NCBI RefSeq assembly: GCF_902459465.1
Contig: NC_047064.1
Span: 2,914,001 to 2,978,000, forward strand
DNA length: 64,000 bases
Source of the DNA: Asterias rubens
Lineage: Eukaryota
Reading direction: 5' to 3'
Position 1 is the stretch's first letter. Each line of letters starts with the position of its first letter. The position numbers and the translations under genes were made by a program. Below the pieces are notes generated by a model, which saw only the letters and a program-made list of their open reading frames with translations, searched no databases and had not been told where the DNA came from. Positions 12,634-27,600 of the stretch are shown one piece after another.

Positions 12634-15600
12634 GTAACTTTGGAACATTCTCACATAAAAACGCAAACTAGACTTCAGGTTGGGTTTAACCTTGGTTCCT
12701 TCCGCCATGTGACCTATGACCCCTAGTTTATACTAGATTCAGAAAAGGGATCAAACCCGGATTTGGCCCGGCAGTGTGGATTAGCAGCTGCTAGTGTCAC
12801 GCAAAAAAGCAGGATGAGAACCCGGTTCAATATCCAGTACACTCAGTTTAAAGGGTTAGCCCGTTGGTAATTACTGCAAAAACAAAGCCCATACAAATTT
12901 ATTTGGTGCTTGTAGCTGTTGATAATATTCTTTTTGTTAACGTCTTTGCCAAAGTCGCAACACGAATTACTAGAGAAGATATATTTGTTGAACACAAACA
13001 TCTTTGTCGAAACGAACCTGTTTCGACCCAGATTTTTAGGCAAGCCCAGTCCTCCAAAAACAGGCCCTGTAGCGCCCTCTACCGATAACTAATACAAAGC
13101 ACAGGGTCGCCAATTACCTCTTTTACGTTCCCTTTCCATGCACGGCGCTCTGGAAAAAAATAACGGGTGTTCTTATTCAGAAATTCTCTAATCAAAGATA
13201 GGGCGCCAATTTCAATTAAACATTTCGGCGTTAAGATGGACGGCGATATCACAAGACGGAGTTACCACACACTGTTGCGTATTTCTTAGTCGTGTTTAAT
13301 GAAGGTTAATAATTAAGGTCTACCTCCGGACATGGTGCAGACTCCACAGTTTTAAGTGGTAAAACATGAACTCATCAGCCTAATGTTACACAATTACAAC
13401 CCATAGCATGCGTAGGTGAACATTGATCGATGATAACGGTTGTTTTGCATTGGTTGGCAGAATCTACAAGTACATGTACCTAATTTGCTTATTTTAAAAC
13501 GATCGCTATCCGTGTAGTTAATTTAACAGGTTTAAACGGTGCGAGTGACTGACCTTTCGTCGTAAGGGGAAGTTCTGCCATTGAAAACAACTTTAATCCG
13601 GACGTCGGGTCTATCTGTGTTTTACTTTTAAAATAACACATAATTATAGTTGTTTCGAACAAATGCAACAAATAATGTTTCACTTCTTGACATTGGTATA
13701 ATGTACGTAACCTATTGCGTGGATTTAACAGAGATAGGCTTGTTATGATGTGAAAAACGGTCGAAATTCACCGGGTTATCATCCCTAAAGACTCGTGTCA
13801 AACACAAAGATTAACAAAACCCTGACAAGCGGACCGCTGTCCGCACATACTAACATATTGTTGTAACATTTCCTTTGTCTAAAATCAACAACTCAAAGTA
13901 TTTTATGTATTATTGTATCTCCACGTTACTTTCATGTAAACGCTTCCCCCGTTGTACTAACTGTTGGTTGGTACGTACAAAACGGTTGTACTCCCCCAAC
14001 CCCCGTGTTATTGGCGTGTTCCTGAATTTGGAATAAAACAACCAGTCAATTTCACAACATATTCTTTGATCTATAAAATACAATTATTAGAGGTTGCGTT
14101 GAATATTTTATAACTTAAATTGTCTGTATATTTGTCCAGGTATAATGGGAAACGTGACAATCGACGCTAATGGTGACCGAGAGGCCGATTATTCGCTACT
14201 CGAAATGACCGATATCGAAAACGGTGTATTTACGGTAAGTATCGATTACTAAGTTATTTACTGTGCAGAGCCCCCTGATCTCCATTTGTATCAGTATCCT
14301 AGAGATCAGTCAATGCTTGTGTAGAGTGATTTGCGCCATCAGCAGAGGTGCAAACATATTTTACCAATCCCCGGTGCCACTATTAGGCATTTTGAGCATA
14401 CTACACCGAAGAGTAGAAGTGCTTATATCACGCCTTGAAAGTGGTTGTAGATCTCACAACGCATGCAAGGCGCTGTGGAAGAGTGATGACCAACGCCACC
14501 AAGCGGTAATGGTTGTCCATTTACAAGTATTATCCGGTGACTGTACACTAAACGGACCGTGTAGTTGGTGTTGCGTGTGAATGCATTGGCGTTTGATTCC
14601 GATTGACCAACACACTGAATTAACTCACGTAATGCCCGTCACTGTTGCGATGAATGTACACCAATCAGCTACATAAACATTCAATATTTGATAAACATCG
14701 ACAGCATTTGTAGTAGTTCTTATTGTTTCGTGTGTGGAAAAGCATGCATGCACAGGGGGTCTTAAAGCGAGCCAATTCTTGCAAGTTTTTGAAGCTGCTT
14801 CAAATGTGCTGACTTAGTGTGCAAAATTTTTTACGTAACTTATTGTGGAGCATTAGTCACCGTTTCAGAATAGCAACCTTCCCCAACGTAAGAACTTCAG
14901 TCTAACTGTCTCCTTGCAAATGTGGACACTCATTTAAAAACACAACTCCCTTGGAAGTACCCACATTCGGTCTCGAGACCTTGGGCCAATTTTATAGAGC
15001 TGCTTAAGCAAAACAAATTGCTTAAGCACGAAAATAGCTTGCTTATTTTACACATGTTACTGGCCAAAATTTCATGACATATACATTGCTTGTGACTGAT
15101 ATTAAGCTATTGTTCATTTAGCATAATAATTGAGTGGAGTCTTGGCCGGTAATCTGATTTTACTATAAAGCAGCTCTATGAAATTGGGCCGTGGTTACAG
15201 GAGTTATTTCTTTTCAAGATTATTATAACGCTTGGTTCATAAACAAATTCTCCCTCTCTGTCAACGAACTTGTCAGTCAGCCGTGAAATCGTTCTACACC
15301 CTGGTTATATCTGATTACATCACTGCGTCTGGTGAACATGTCGTTAACAATTAAATTCCTTTATCATTTTTCCATCAGTTTCAACCAAACCTTTCTTCCT
15401 TTTTTTGACAATTTTGTTGAATTGACACCGGATTAATAAAGGCTTTATTCGGGCGCCGACCTCTATTATTTCATCAATTTGAAGCATCTACGACCGTGAA
15501 TGTAAAAGGTTTAAAGTGGAAATATCTTTTTAAAATTGGAAACTTAATTACCTTGGAAAAAAAACAATACTTTTGAATTAATTAAAATTTGCACGATTGT

Positions 15601-18600
15601 TATTTAATTAACCAAAATATGAACGGGTAGTTTAATGAAGAGGGGTTGGTTTTTTGGTGGTATATTAATTATGTTAACCCTGAAACTGGTGTGGTAAACT
15701 GAACCATTTTTGAAACTGAAACAAAATTCTCCTCAAAATACGAATATGACTTTTCTCGTTCAGTGTGCTATTCACACAAACTAAATGTTTGCATTATATA
15801 AGCGTGTTGTGTTGAATATCCCTCATGACTCGGTTTTTGTTAGACAAGTTTTCTAGAGAAGCAACCACTTCTTGGATTGTATCATCCAAGGGAACCATGC
15901 ACGTGTTTTTTCCACCGTATTCTCCGCGTTTCAAAAACGGCTTAAAGCAAATACATGGTTACCCTTGTGGGTTCTGGTGCTTCCGACGTGACTGCATTTA
16001 TCTTTTTTTCGGTCGTCCTTTGTGTATAAAATGAACATGGGGCCAGACTCATCCCAAGCTCGTCACGCGTTCGGTCACGGTTTCTCGAGCTCTGCCGAAG
16101 ACGTTGTGTCATGACTTCGAGTTTGACTGGCGCTGTTAAGTAAACACTAAATTGCTTTGATGTATCCACGCGGGAAAACCCCCACGTACATCTTGTTTCC
16201 TGCCCGATTTCCTGCCGCATCGGCAAGATGTTTCCAGGGGCTTATGTTTCTCTATACCTTCCTCCCTCCATCTTGCTAGGAATGAGATCGAGTATAAAGG
16301 GCATGTGGTGTCCTATGTCGCAGCCGATCTAGTCGAATGCAAACAATCTTAGCTATTTGGTTCCTTTTTAGATACACGTAGCTAAAAAGTAAGGAAATGA
16401 ACGATCCCCTCGCAATCACACCGGCACTATTTGTTTGTAGCAGTTTGTCCAAATGTAAACAAAGTCTACACCCAAACAAGTTGTGTCAATCTGTCTGCTT
16501 TCTTAAAGGTGGTCACGGATTGGGTTTTGTCATTGTAACGTGATTTATAAGCAAAACTATATTGAAAGTTAATGAAAGGTTCTTCTGAAAGTCTCAGTTG
16601 AATACAGTTTCTACTTGCTGGACAAAAATTCAGCAACAAAAAATGTCACGGTAATTACACACGAACATCCATCCATGTTTAGTGAGGTTACGGCGAGTAC
16701 CAACCGTATTTCTTGACACAGCATTCTTAAAAGGGTACCAACCATTTAGAAATATGAGAAGTGATTCATGCATGAAATCGTTTCTAAGCTTCAAATGTTT
16801 GAGTGAAAAATAATCAACTTGTTGGGGAATCCTTTATCAAAATAGTTTTGATCAAAATAGCTGTAGTGCTTGTCATAACGTATGATAATTAATAAGTGGG
16901 AATAAATTAAACCATGGGCCATGCTTAAACATTGACTTAATGTTTGCGTCGACGCAAAAATGAACATGTCTAAAAAATTAATAGAGATATGCCAAAATAA
17001 AGGTATCGTGTGCATAATTTTACACGACGACCAAAATAGACTATCTGGACTGAAATATAGTGGTCGTTCCCAGGTCACTTTAAGGTGAGAGGCAGCAATT
17101 TGCTTCAGCAACCGACTGGGCTTAATTAAATCGTGTGACGTGATGGTTGGCGCGCTTTTGACGTCGTCTATGATGACAGCTATGCGAGGGTATACGGGTT
17201 TGCTGGTGACAGTTCAAGGCCATTGAAACATCTTAATAAACTCTCTCTCTTAGCTCTACAGCGTCTGAATTACGTGTAATTCAATAACAATATTTTTAAT
17301 AAAGGTCCTAAACAGTTCTGTATTGTAAATGTTCTAACCATTTATTGTTTCTAAAAAATACAAAACCCAAGCGCCGAAACTAAGGTAGCATTGTAGGGGC
17401 ACAATGGGTGCACCATTGTTAAAGGGAGACAGCTGAGTTTGTCTGTATGTAAATGAGAAACAATTGTGAAAACACATTGAAATTATTATCACTTTAATGT
17501 TTAGTCTGAAATAGATAGATGTTTCTCTGGTAATATAACCCACCCTAAACGAACACTCAGTTATTGCGGTGTTCAGATTAGATTTGGGGTTTAACAAAGA
17601 ACAATTGACTAGAGCGGGCATGAACCAACGACCCTGGATTAACGTGCTGGCGCACTACCAACGGAGTTTAAATATCTAGTCCTTAGTTGGCGGTCTCCTT
17701 GATCGGTCATCTTTGGATGTTTAGATTTGCATCAGAGTCGAACATGTGGAAAAACTGTTTTGCCAAGAAGTACTATTAGTGTTCAGTCGTTAGTCCTTGT
17801 TCGTCGTCACATTTTCTCGTAAACTATTTCCATGGAATGAAGCACATGCCTCTGTCGCTATCTCGTGTCTGCTGTAGATGTTTTTGTGGTCTTGATTGTA
17901 CATTGTGTCATCTTGGATTCTGGAGTTTGTCGATACAACCTAATTGATTCATGTTTATCTCATTACAAAAAATATAAGTTCACCCTTTATAGGCCAAAAT
18001 CAACTCTTGGTAAAGGGGCCACACGAAGAAAATATTAAAGATGAGAATAACTCAGGGGAGCTAGAGGTATGATTTTATCTTCCTCTTAAAACAGTCAAGA
18101 TGTAGGATGTATGAAAACTTTCACCAGGCAAGGAGTTCAAACGAGATGCAGTATGTGGAATAAAGCTGTTGGAATGGCTCTTTGTTCTACCTCAGCAAAG
18201 CAAGAGTGTGTGGATGAAAAGAAGCAGAAAGCCTGTTCACGCTCAAACATCCTGATTACAGGAGGAACCAGGTCAGACACACTGTTGACACATTTACCAT
18301 GAAGATATATGTAGAAAAGGCAGAGGATGGCTACAGACCTACGGTGGGAACGAGGTTATAATGAACATGGGAATACGAAACGCAGGAAACTGAACATAGT
18401 GCTCATTGGCACAGAATACTCTCTGAATAAGACTCTTGTCAGTTAATATAATATTTATTGTTATACCATAATTTCACGATTTTGGGGGGTAAATTTTGGG
18501 CTAAGCTGTAGGCCTATGATAAACTAGCCTATATGTCTTCAGTTTGTTGTGGATGTCTTGTACAATCTCCGGCGACAGGGCATCTTATTCCAAAGCGGAT

Positions 18601-21600
18601 TCAAATTATCACATTATTGGTAGAAATGGGACAACCAGCTGTCCACATTTTTCAAAACATGAGCTGTGTACATTAACTACGAATACAGATGACATCTATT
18701 AAACATTCAATGTTCAACACTTTGATGAAAAAAATACAAACATCGGAATCTGGAGAGTTTCCCCTCAAGTATAGCCGAAAAAGGAATTGTTAGTCTTGAC
18801 TCAAGACCCATCCCTACACTCGGTCATCTATTTTAAAGGCATGTTTTGCTGCACAGGTTTTAAATTGATTGATGACAACGTTGTATTAGCCTGAGCCAAA
18901 ATCAAGGTTTTAGTAAATCAATGAAAAGTTGAATATCCTTGCTGTGTTGTTTAAAGGAACACGTTGCCTTGGATCGGACGAGTTGGTCTAAAAAAAAGCG
19001 TTTGTAACCGTTTTTTATAAAATGCATATGGTTTGAGCGACTAACACGGTCGGCCATTTATGGGAGTCGAACATTTGACTCCCATAAATGGCCGAACATT
19101 TGACTCCCATAAATGGCCGACCGTGTTAGTCGACGAGGTAAAAGGAAAACCGTGCAAATTAGAGGCATGTTTGTGTGGATCATTGTATTCTACTTTTACA
19201 TCTTTCTACCCACATGCATTTTATAAAAAACGGTTACAAACGCTTGTCAAAGACCAACTCGACCGATTCAAGGCAACGTGTTCCTTTAACAGTCATGCTT
19301 TGTACAGCAATCTTGTTCACCACCATGGTTTCTATAGTGGGGAACATCGCATGTATCCCTTTTCTCATGCCTAACGAAGCTTCTTTTCAAATATCTGGAT
19401 ATCGTTTTGCAAACTACTTGTTTTTTTAATAGACCCCATTTATTTAGTGATTATCCCGAATGGCATGCTATGTAAGGTTTAGGGTACAAGATAAAAGAAA
19501 CATGTAAACGAGTCTGCTGTGGGGGTCATAACTATAGGTAGTTAAAATGTGTGACATGAAAAGGGTCCTCTTGACTCTATTGCGGTTGTCATCTTGGTTT
19601 CTTTTTTAACAACACCTACGACTGCATGACCACTGCACCCACTCGCCATTTTGCTCTGAATCTCCCCATCCAAGGTGAAATCCCCGTTGTTTACTCAATG
19701 GCCTTAGAAAAAAAAAACTTCCAAATCCATATGCAAGAACGTAGAATCGCTGATAAGAAGGGAAAATACCGTAAAACAATTTTTGCATCGGCGACGGTAA
19801 TGGGTCTTACTTCATAGCGACAAATCGATGACTTCGTGTGGCCTTGCCGGTGAAGTGAATGTGAGACTTGGAATTCGTGCCGTCTGAGAATTTTTTTTCC
19901 CCTTTTTTGTTTAGTTGAATGCAATTTTTTTTTCCGCGTTTGTTGTGAGATCGGCCAATCAGGGAGTCTGCATTTCCTTTCAGGCAAGACAAGGCCACAG
20001 AGCTACAGTCTAATGAAACAAAGAACGACACACCAGAAAACCGGGTGCACAATTATAGAATCGGAACAGAAAATAGAGAAGATGTCTATATTATATTGAT
20101 ATGATTACTTTTTTGTATGTGGTTTAAATGGAAAGGTATTTGTATATTTGTTTCCGTTAATTCAATTAAAGTGATTCACTTTGGTTGAAGGTTTTCAGAA
20201 ATTCCCATAGTTATATCCGGAAGATCGTGATCATGTCATTCAATCAAGAATGACATCGCTATATTATACTCTGCGTCGACTTTTTGTTCTTTCTTTCTAA
20301 AGCATCGTAGTATACATTCCTTAAACCATCTTAGCTCCCTGGGGAGTATAAACAGCCTGTGCGCAATATATACACTACTCGGTTAAAATAATCACAATCA
20401 TCTCTGCCCTCACAGGTACCCATTTACCCCTGGGTGGAGAGAAGCAAGTTTAGTGAAGTGTCTTGCTCAGGGACACAAGTGTCACGACTGGGATTCGAAC
20501 CCACACTCTGCTGAACAGAAGCACCAAAGCTTGAGTTCGGTGCTCTTATCCACTCGGCCACGACACCCCATATATATTTAGACCTCAAGGCATGGCCCGT
20601 GCTTATCCACCATCCATTCAAATACCAACTCAAGTGTCAAGATCATGCTCAGGCAATCAGTCAGTGCCTCTTTACTAAATGCATTCCAGACGGAAATTAA
20701 AGTTTTGTTAAAAAGAAGTGCAAGGGCCCTATACGCCCGCAGCGGCTCTGTGTTCAATATAGTGCGTGCATCACACCTTGTCATAATTGAACGTGATGGT
20801 AGGCGACAAGCTATGGTTGAACTGTCTTATCTGTAACGTTGTTTTAAGGTCAGTCACATGGATAACATCTTTTGAAGAGAACGTTAATTTTTCCCCCGAT
20901 TTGCGGCTACATGCTCTGTTCGTGAAAAGAGCAGAAAATAGCTGTGAACGGAATTAATCGTACACGATTTGGTGTAAATACTATCTGAACCCTTAATCTC
21001 TTTGCTCATGTCTACAGTAAATGTATTTACCTCAGTTAATTCAGTATACACACAAAACATTTCCCGAGAATACAACCTAATGACAGTTACATTTGCAAAC
21101 CAAAACATATCAATTATGTCTTGTTTATTTACGACACAATTTGGGATGCCCCCAAAATGAACCGGAATAAGTCACTGCCAAAATGCGTCTCTTCTATAAC
21201 GTTAGGTGCGTCCATTTCCCTAATATTGACGAAATGTTTGCTGACAAAACCATTGACATAGTGACCACGAGGAAAATTTAAGAGCTGTTCTTTGCTGCAG
21301 TAGAGCGCCCTCTTGTGGATGCACCTGGCATTCCTAGTCGTGATATCAATACAGAGACATTGAATTCGAACCACACATACCTAAATTGGACATTCGTGCG
21401 TGCCTATTAATAAGACCGACAATATCCAGTGACCTTGACAATCAGTTTATATATGGCGCCCTCTCTTGATGATGCTTTTGCGAGGTATGTGCGGTCATGT
21501 AGAAATTATTTTTTTAAACAATTTGTCTCCATTTTTGTGTGTGTTACAGGTTGCAGGACATTACGATGGTGTAGCAAAAGTGTACCATCCTGTACCCGGT

Positions 21601-24600
21601 GTGACAATCGACTGGCCGGGAAAAACACCACCTAAAGATGTCCCTGATTGTGGCTTTAAGGATGAACTGTGCCCTGAAGACGAAGGCAATTGTAAGTTTA
21701 AGTTTAAAGGCATGGACACTATTGGTCATTACTCGAAATAATTGTCAGAATAAAAACTTACTTGGTATAACGAGCAATGGGGAGTTGGTGATAGTATAAA
21801 ACATTGTGAGAAACGGCTCCCTCTGAAGTAACGTAGTTTTTGAGAAAGAGGTAATTTCTCACCCAAAATAATAAAAGACTTCAGCTGCAGCCGTTTTGTT
21901 ATGTATCTGAAAGCATACAAAGTACCATGTACTTTTTCTGTCATTGTTCTTATGCAACTTCAATGACCAATTGAGCCCAAATTTATAGAGTTGTTATTTT
22001 ATGCAAATGTTGGGAAACACCAAGTGGGAATACTGGTCTTTGACAATTACCAAATGTGTCCAATGCCTTTAAGACATACTGACAAAAAGAAATGTCATTA
22101 GAATAATTGTGTACGGAGGATTCTTTTCGAAAGGTAGACTGTTGATGCGATTTTCCTTAGCAGACTGAACATTTGTTTTGTGAAACTACCATCGAGGGAT
22201 TTGGGTCTTATGACGGGTCATGATACTTTGCTTGAGGGGTACAATCGTTCCAGGTTAAATTGCTTTTGGTTCAAACTGTACTCCAATGGATATAAAGATG
22301 ATGATTAAAGGGTCTATGTTTTTTTTGTAGGACAAAAAAACACAACGTCCACAGATTTACATTAAACTTCGTAGTTTGGAAATTATGATAGTAGAAAGCT
22401 TCCCTAAAAATATTACTTGCTGAGGTGCTGTAGTTTTTGAGAAATTAGTAGAACAATGTCATGAAAATAATTTCGTCTCAGTGATCATGAGACGAACATT
22501 ATTTTAGAATGTAAAAACGTATTTTCATGACATTGTTTTAGTTATTTCTAAAAAAACTACAGCACCTCGTCAACTAATATTTCGAGGTACGCTTTCTACG
22601 ACCATTATCTTCAAACGGTATAAGTTTAATGTAAATCTGTGGACATTGTGTTTTGTGTTTGTTACCCTTATTTCAAAGAGAATGGACTGCTTTGAGAAAA
22701 GGGTACCCGGTGCAATGTTTACCTTCAAACCCAATGGTTTTCTTGTTGAGAATCCAATAAGTCTTATCAGATTTCAATAATGGGATCATAAGGTTTTGTG
22801 AAAATTAACTGAGGAGATTTTTTTCTTCTTCTTCAACAGCTACTGTGATGATTATGATGATATCAATGGCCGTCGTGATCGTTATAGCTGCAGTAATAAT
22901 CATCTACATAGTCAGGTACGTATTATCTCTGTCAATCAATTCAATAAGCTCCGCCCCCTTTAAATCCTTTGACCAATTAGAACCACGACAGCTACTCGTT
23001 AAAAAAGTCAGGTGCGTTGCATCTCATAGAGGCAGTTCCCCCCAACCCCCGTTTTGGTCATGTGGTTTCTGGCACCATTTTCAGTCAAAACGAAAAACCA
23101 CCCAACGTGCTGTGTAGTCTTACACCTTGTTTTCCCACATGCGTTTTGGGGGTTATTCCGCAGCGCCCTCTCGTGACAGTATCTTTTTTTACAGCAATAA
23201 TTATACTGACAATTAACCGGATTGGAGCAGCGGACCAAATACTCATAATGACCTAATGATATTTAAATTGAGTTGCCTGTATTATTGTTACTGATATTCC
23301 TTGAAAGTATCCCTTGCAGTTGTTTTGCCAATTCCTCAAGGGATGAAGGTATATCGTTATGCCTATCCTCAAAATATAAACTTAATTCAAAATTTCGAAA
23401 CTTCGTCTTATATTGTTTTTAACTAGCGTCCATACATTTGTTTCACAAAGTTCATTACAACTTAATTAAAGTTGATGATTTTTGATATTTCTTTTAAAAG
23501 TCAAGTAGCTCTGAAAACCACTTGTTTTTCTTCCCAAAATGTTTGTGACTCATGACATACAACGTATTATTTATATAAAAAAAAATGAATTATTTAATAA
23601 TTATTTAAATGGTAGGATAAAACATTCCATCGAAGGGCAATCCATCTTGAAGGTGCCCTCCTTCATCTTGAAAAGCCCCCTCCTCCATCTTGAAAAGCCC
23701 CTCCTCCATCTTGACCAGGCCCCGCCTCCTCATTTCAGACCACCTCATTGTCGATTCCCATTGGGTAGGTCCGACATGGGGGAACCAAATGTGACTTAGT
23801 GGAACGTGACTGAAATCCGAACGGCACTTTTTAACAGACTAAAAACATAATGTACTCCAGCCCGAGCATGAATTCCTCCTACATTTACGATTCGAGTTTT
23901 TAAAAGGTGTTGTTTGAGCTGTATTGACTGAACATACACATTGAATGCATGGGCGAAGCTGTTAATATCATCATTAAAGGCTTGGACACTATTGATAATA
24001 CTTAAAATAATTGTTAGCATAAAAAAACTTACTTGGTAGTGAGCAATGTAGAGCTGTTGGTAGTATAAAACATTGTGAGAAACGGCTCCCTCTGAAGTAA
24101 CGTGGTTTTTGAGAAAGAAGTTATTTCTCACTCAAACGTTAAACAAAATCAGACATGAAGCCTTCTATTAGGCATCTTAAAGCGCACAAACTTGTGCAAC
24201 AAGGGTGTTTTTCTGTATTATTCTGCCAACAATTCGATGACCAATTGAATCAAAATGTTCAAAGATTTTTTATTTTATGCATACATTGGGATACACCAAG
24301 TGAGAATACTGGTCTTTGACAACTACCAAAGGTGTCCAGTGCCTTTAAGACGCCACAGATAAGTGACTTTTTAACCTCAGGACAAACATTGTCAGTGAGC
24401 AGTTAATTTCCTCACGGCGTGTGCATGGCACGCCGGTGTGTTTACATTCAAATAAAACGACCACTTCGCGCCATTGTTGTTCCTCATAAACATATGCTGC
24501 TAAACGTGACTTGCTCCGAGATTCGTTGGGAACACAATTTGTTGTACACCGACCACAAGTTAACGTCACGTTCGTCTCAGACATTTTTTTTGTTATCGTT

Positions 24601-27600
24601 TCGATTTGTGCTAAATGGGAGGTTTTCATTGGATACCTTTTTGTACGTAATTACTAAGTTGAAATACCTGTTTCTAGTTCCTATTAACATTCATTGCGAT
24701 AGTATGAATGAGGCTGCATCATGATACCACTGGTTCTAAAAAGGTTTCTTCCTGACTAGTGTGAAAAAAATACAAATTACGCATAAAAAAAATGTTCTGT
24801 TTGATTTTATCAATGTTGTCATTGAAGACGCATTTATTTTAATTTAATGAAAGCGGACCACAGTGTCTCTGCTCATCACAACTAGAATAGGAAATTCGAA
24901 AAGGGGAATGACCCAATAATCTAAGCCGTTCTCAACCAACACACACATTGAAGTTGAACTTTACACCGCTCGCTAACTGGCTCGCTTAAAAATGATGGCA
25001 GGAAATTGACAGCGAGTGCAACACCATCGCGCTACATGTAGCAAGTTACACTCCCATGGGATCCCCTAGCGCCTCGCGGGAATAAGTGTTGATTGAGTTT
25101 TGTTTCCAGACCATAAGCCGCCCGTCTCCAAACTCATTGAAGCATGACGCTCATCAAACTAGGGACTCTGCTAACCATGACGAAAAGGCCTTCTTCAAGT
25201 TTAGTCCACTTGACTTCTTGGAGGCTTGGGCTTGATGATTGGTACGGGCGTTTCAATGTATACAGTGTCTACTCCCGTGGACCCAATCCGTGCTAAATAG
25301 AGATGATTCGAGCCTCTGCAGACGTTGACTGATAGGAGAACCACATGAAAAGTACACCGGTGTCAACTCTCGCATCTCAACTCAAAATGAGTGCATGCAT
25401 TAGTGATGAACGTCTCTCAATTTTTGAAAAGAAGACAAAAACATAATACGGATTTGCGATCAGTTCTTGAAGATTCATCCGGCTCACACTGGCTCGGGCA
25501 GTAATTGTCTGATCGTATTAAGAAATAAATCCGTTTTCCCAGGCCGCCTAAAAGCACCAAGATTTCATTGAACATTTTACGTTTCCCTTGGGGGCTTTTG
25601 AAGAAAATGTGTCAAGTTAAAGATGGAAACTTGAGCCTGTGCAAAAGTCACTCTAACTGCAAAGGTCCTTTTAAATATAACGAGTCTTCATCTGACGTCA
25701 TCTATCCTTTGTGCTAATTGTGTCGTTTAAATTCTACGCGAGCGGCATTCGTAATGCGATATAGCTATACGGTTGTTGACTGCGCTTTATGACGTGCACT
25801 GTCCACTAGTTTGGGCTGGAAAGGCAGAGCAAACAAAAATGTTGGCTGTGTCACGGCTACAGCTACTGCTACGGCTTTAAGTCCGCGTCGTCATGCGTCG
25901 AAACATATAGGACGCCCTCAGCAACATAGTTCCGTCTAGTTTTGGCGGGAAAGGCAGAGCAAACAAAACCGGTAAAACAAACAAAAACGTCATGAGCAAC
26001 ATAGTTGTCCACAAGTTGTGGTGGGAAAAGTCAGAGCAAAGGAAACCGTCCGGCTGTGTCCGAAAACGGCTACGGCTACGGCTATTCTTCGGCGTCACCA
26101 TGCGTCGAAGCCTTGGGTGTCCTCAGCAACATCCTTAGAAACAGTCGTAGCCATATAGATGGAGACGCCAATTCAGATAGGCCCGTATGCACGCATTACT
26201 CCAAAACGGAAACGACATCACAATATTAACTGATTCAGAAATTAATGCAAGAATGTACTTTACAATTAATGTTTCGCATATGCTTTTAAAGTGAGTTGAT
26301 GTACTTTTCTTGGGGCTCATCAATAATAATCTGCATTCTTTTCTGAACCACACTTGTACTTCAAGTTGAACATTTAACACCTGTTTCTGAGACGACGATA
26401 GATAAATGAGAGATACAGCTGGATATACCACTTGAGCAGACAGTAAATGCACTCTCGATTGTTACTAGTAAGCAATCAAAGGCTCTCGTTGAGCATCTGG
26501 GGAAAAGGTGTCAGCGGATATTCTTCCTGTATACTTCCTGTATTCTTCTTCATTGGTTAAGGGTGTTTACCGTGCTTTACCGCGTGAATCGGATTCGGGC
26601 TGTCGTGTGTACGTCGTAAAAGTCAATAACAGTTGCGTGCTTAATACTAGAAAGATACTGGTGAACTTATGTAATGGCACATTGGATTGGAAGCAATGGA
26701 TCAACTTCAAAGTCTTAATTAAACACCGTATCCAGTTTCTTGCTTCCATTTATTTCTTAATGATAAATTTCGCGCATGGTGCTCTTAAACCATAACAAAC
26801 TTTCTCAAGTCGCAATATTCAAACTCATTTTTTTCTCTCTCAAATATCATAGGTCATAGGCTGTCGTCATTAGCATAGCATGCCTGTGATGTAAGCCCTA
26901 CCCATAATTATGCAAATGAAATTGACGTATGCATACTCGGCAACTGCCGTACAGTAAGCTGTAAACTAGGCAAACGCACAACTTGCTTTTGTGACACGCC
27001 ACCATCGGCCAAAACTGACAGGCGAGACGTTCCCTAAGTTTGCGCAACCAGTATAGGGTTGAATGCCCAAGCACTATGTGCAGTTTATATAATCATTGAG
27101 TGGGTACTCCGTGTACAAACTACGGGGCCGCTTTCTCGTTTGATGTGCTTTGGAACTTGGGTTTGCAAACTAATTTTGAATCTGCACGCACAATGGTATA
27201 TTCAAATCTGTAACAATAAAAACATTTCAAAAGATACTTCTCGTTTCGAGCTGCTATCGCTCAACACACGTTTAGTTCTGGCACCAACATCACGTAAATG
27301 CATTACACAGCTTAACGGGTATTTTCTATCCCGTTAATGAATGTACTGATGAATAACGGCACACGGTGATGTGCTTCTTGGAAGTACATTGCTTCTTGGA
27401 AGCACATTGCCATCATTTTAATCCTCATGAAAAAAAATCCATCATTTGGGGGTAATGGAGTATCGCTTTAAAAACAGGTTAGCATTCCTAAAAGCACATT
27501 CAACCTTCTGGGTTGAGATAACAAATTTGGTGATCACTACTAAAATAAATTATGTATCATTAAGTGAAGTATATTAGTGGTGCGTAAGTCGTACACGTGA

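Noticed and set aside
20460-20569. Possible tRNA gene
   Set aside because: A and B boxes are present, but it continues into a SINE core and lacks proper acceptor and anticodon arms; called a SINE instead.
26135-26452. Minus-strand ORF containing VQVWFR (homeodomain helix-3-like)
   Set aside because: It lacks the QNRR continuation and the upstream helices.
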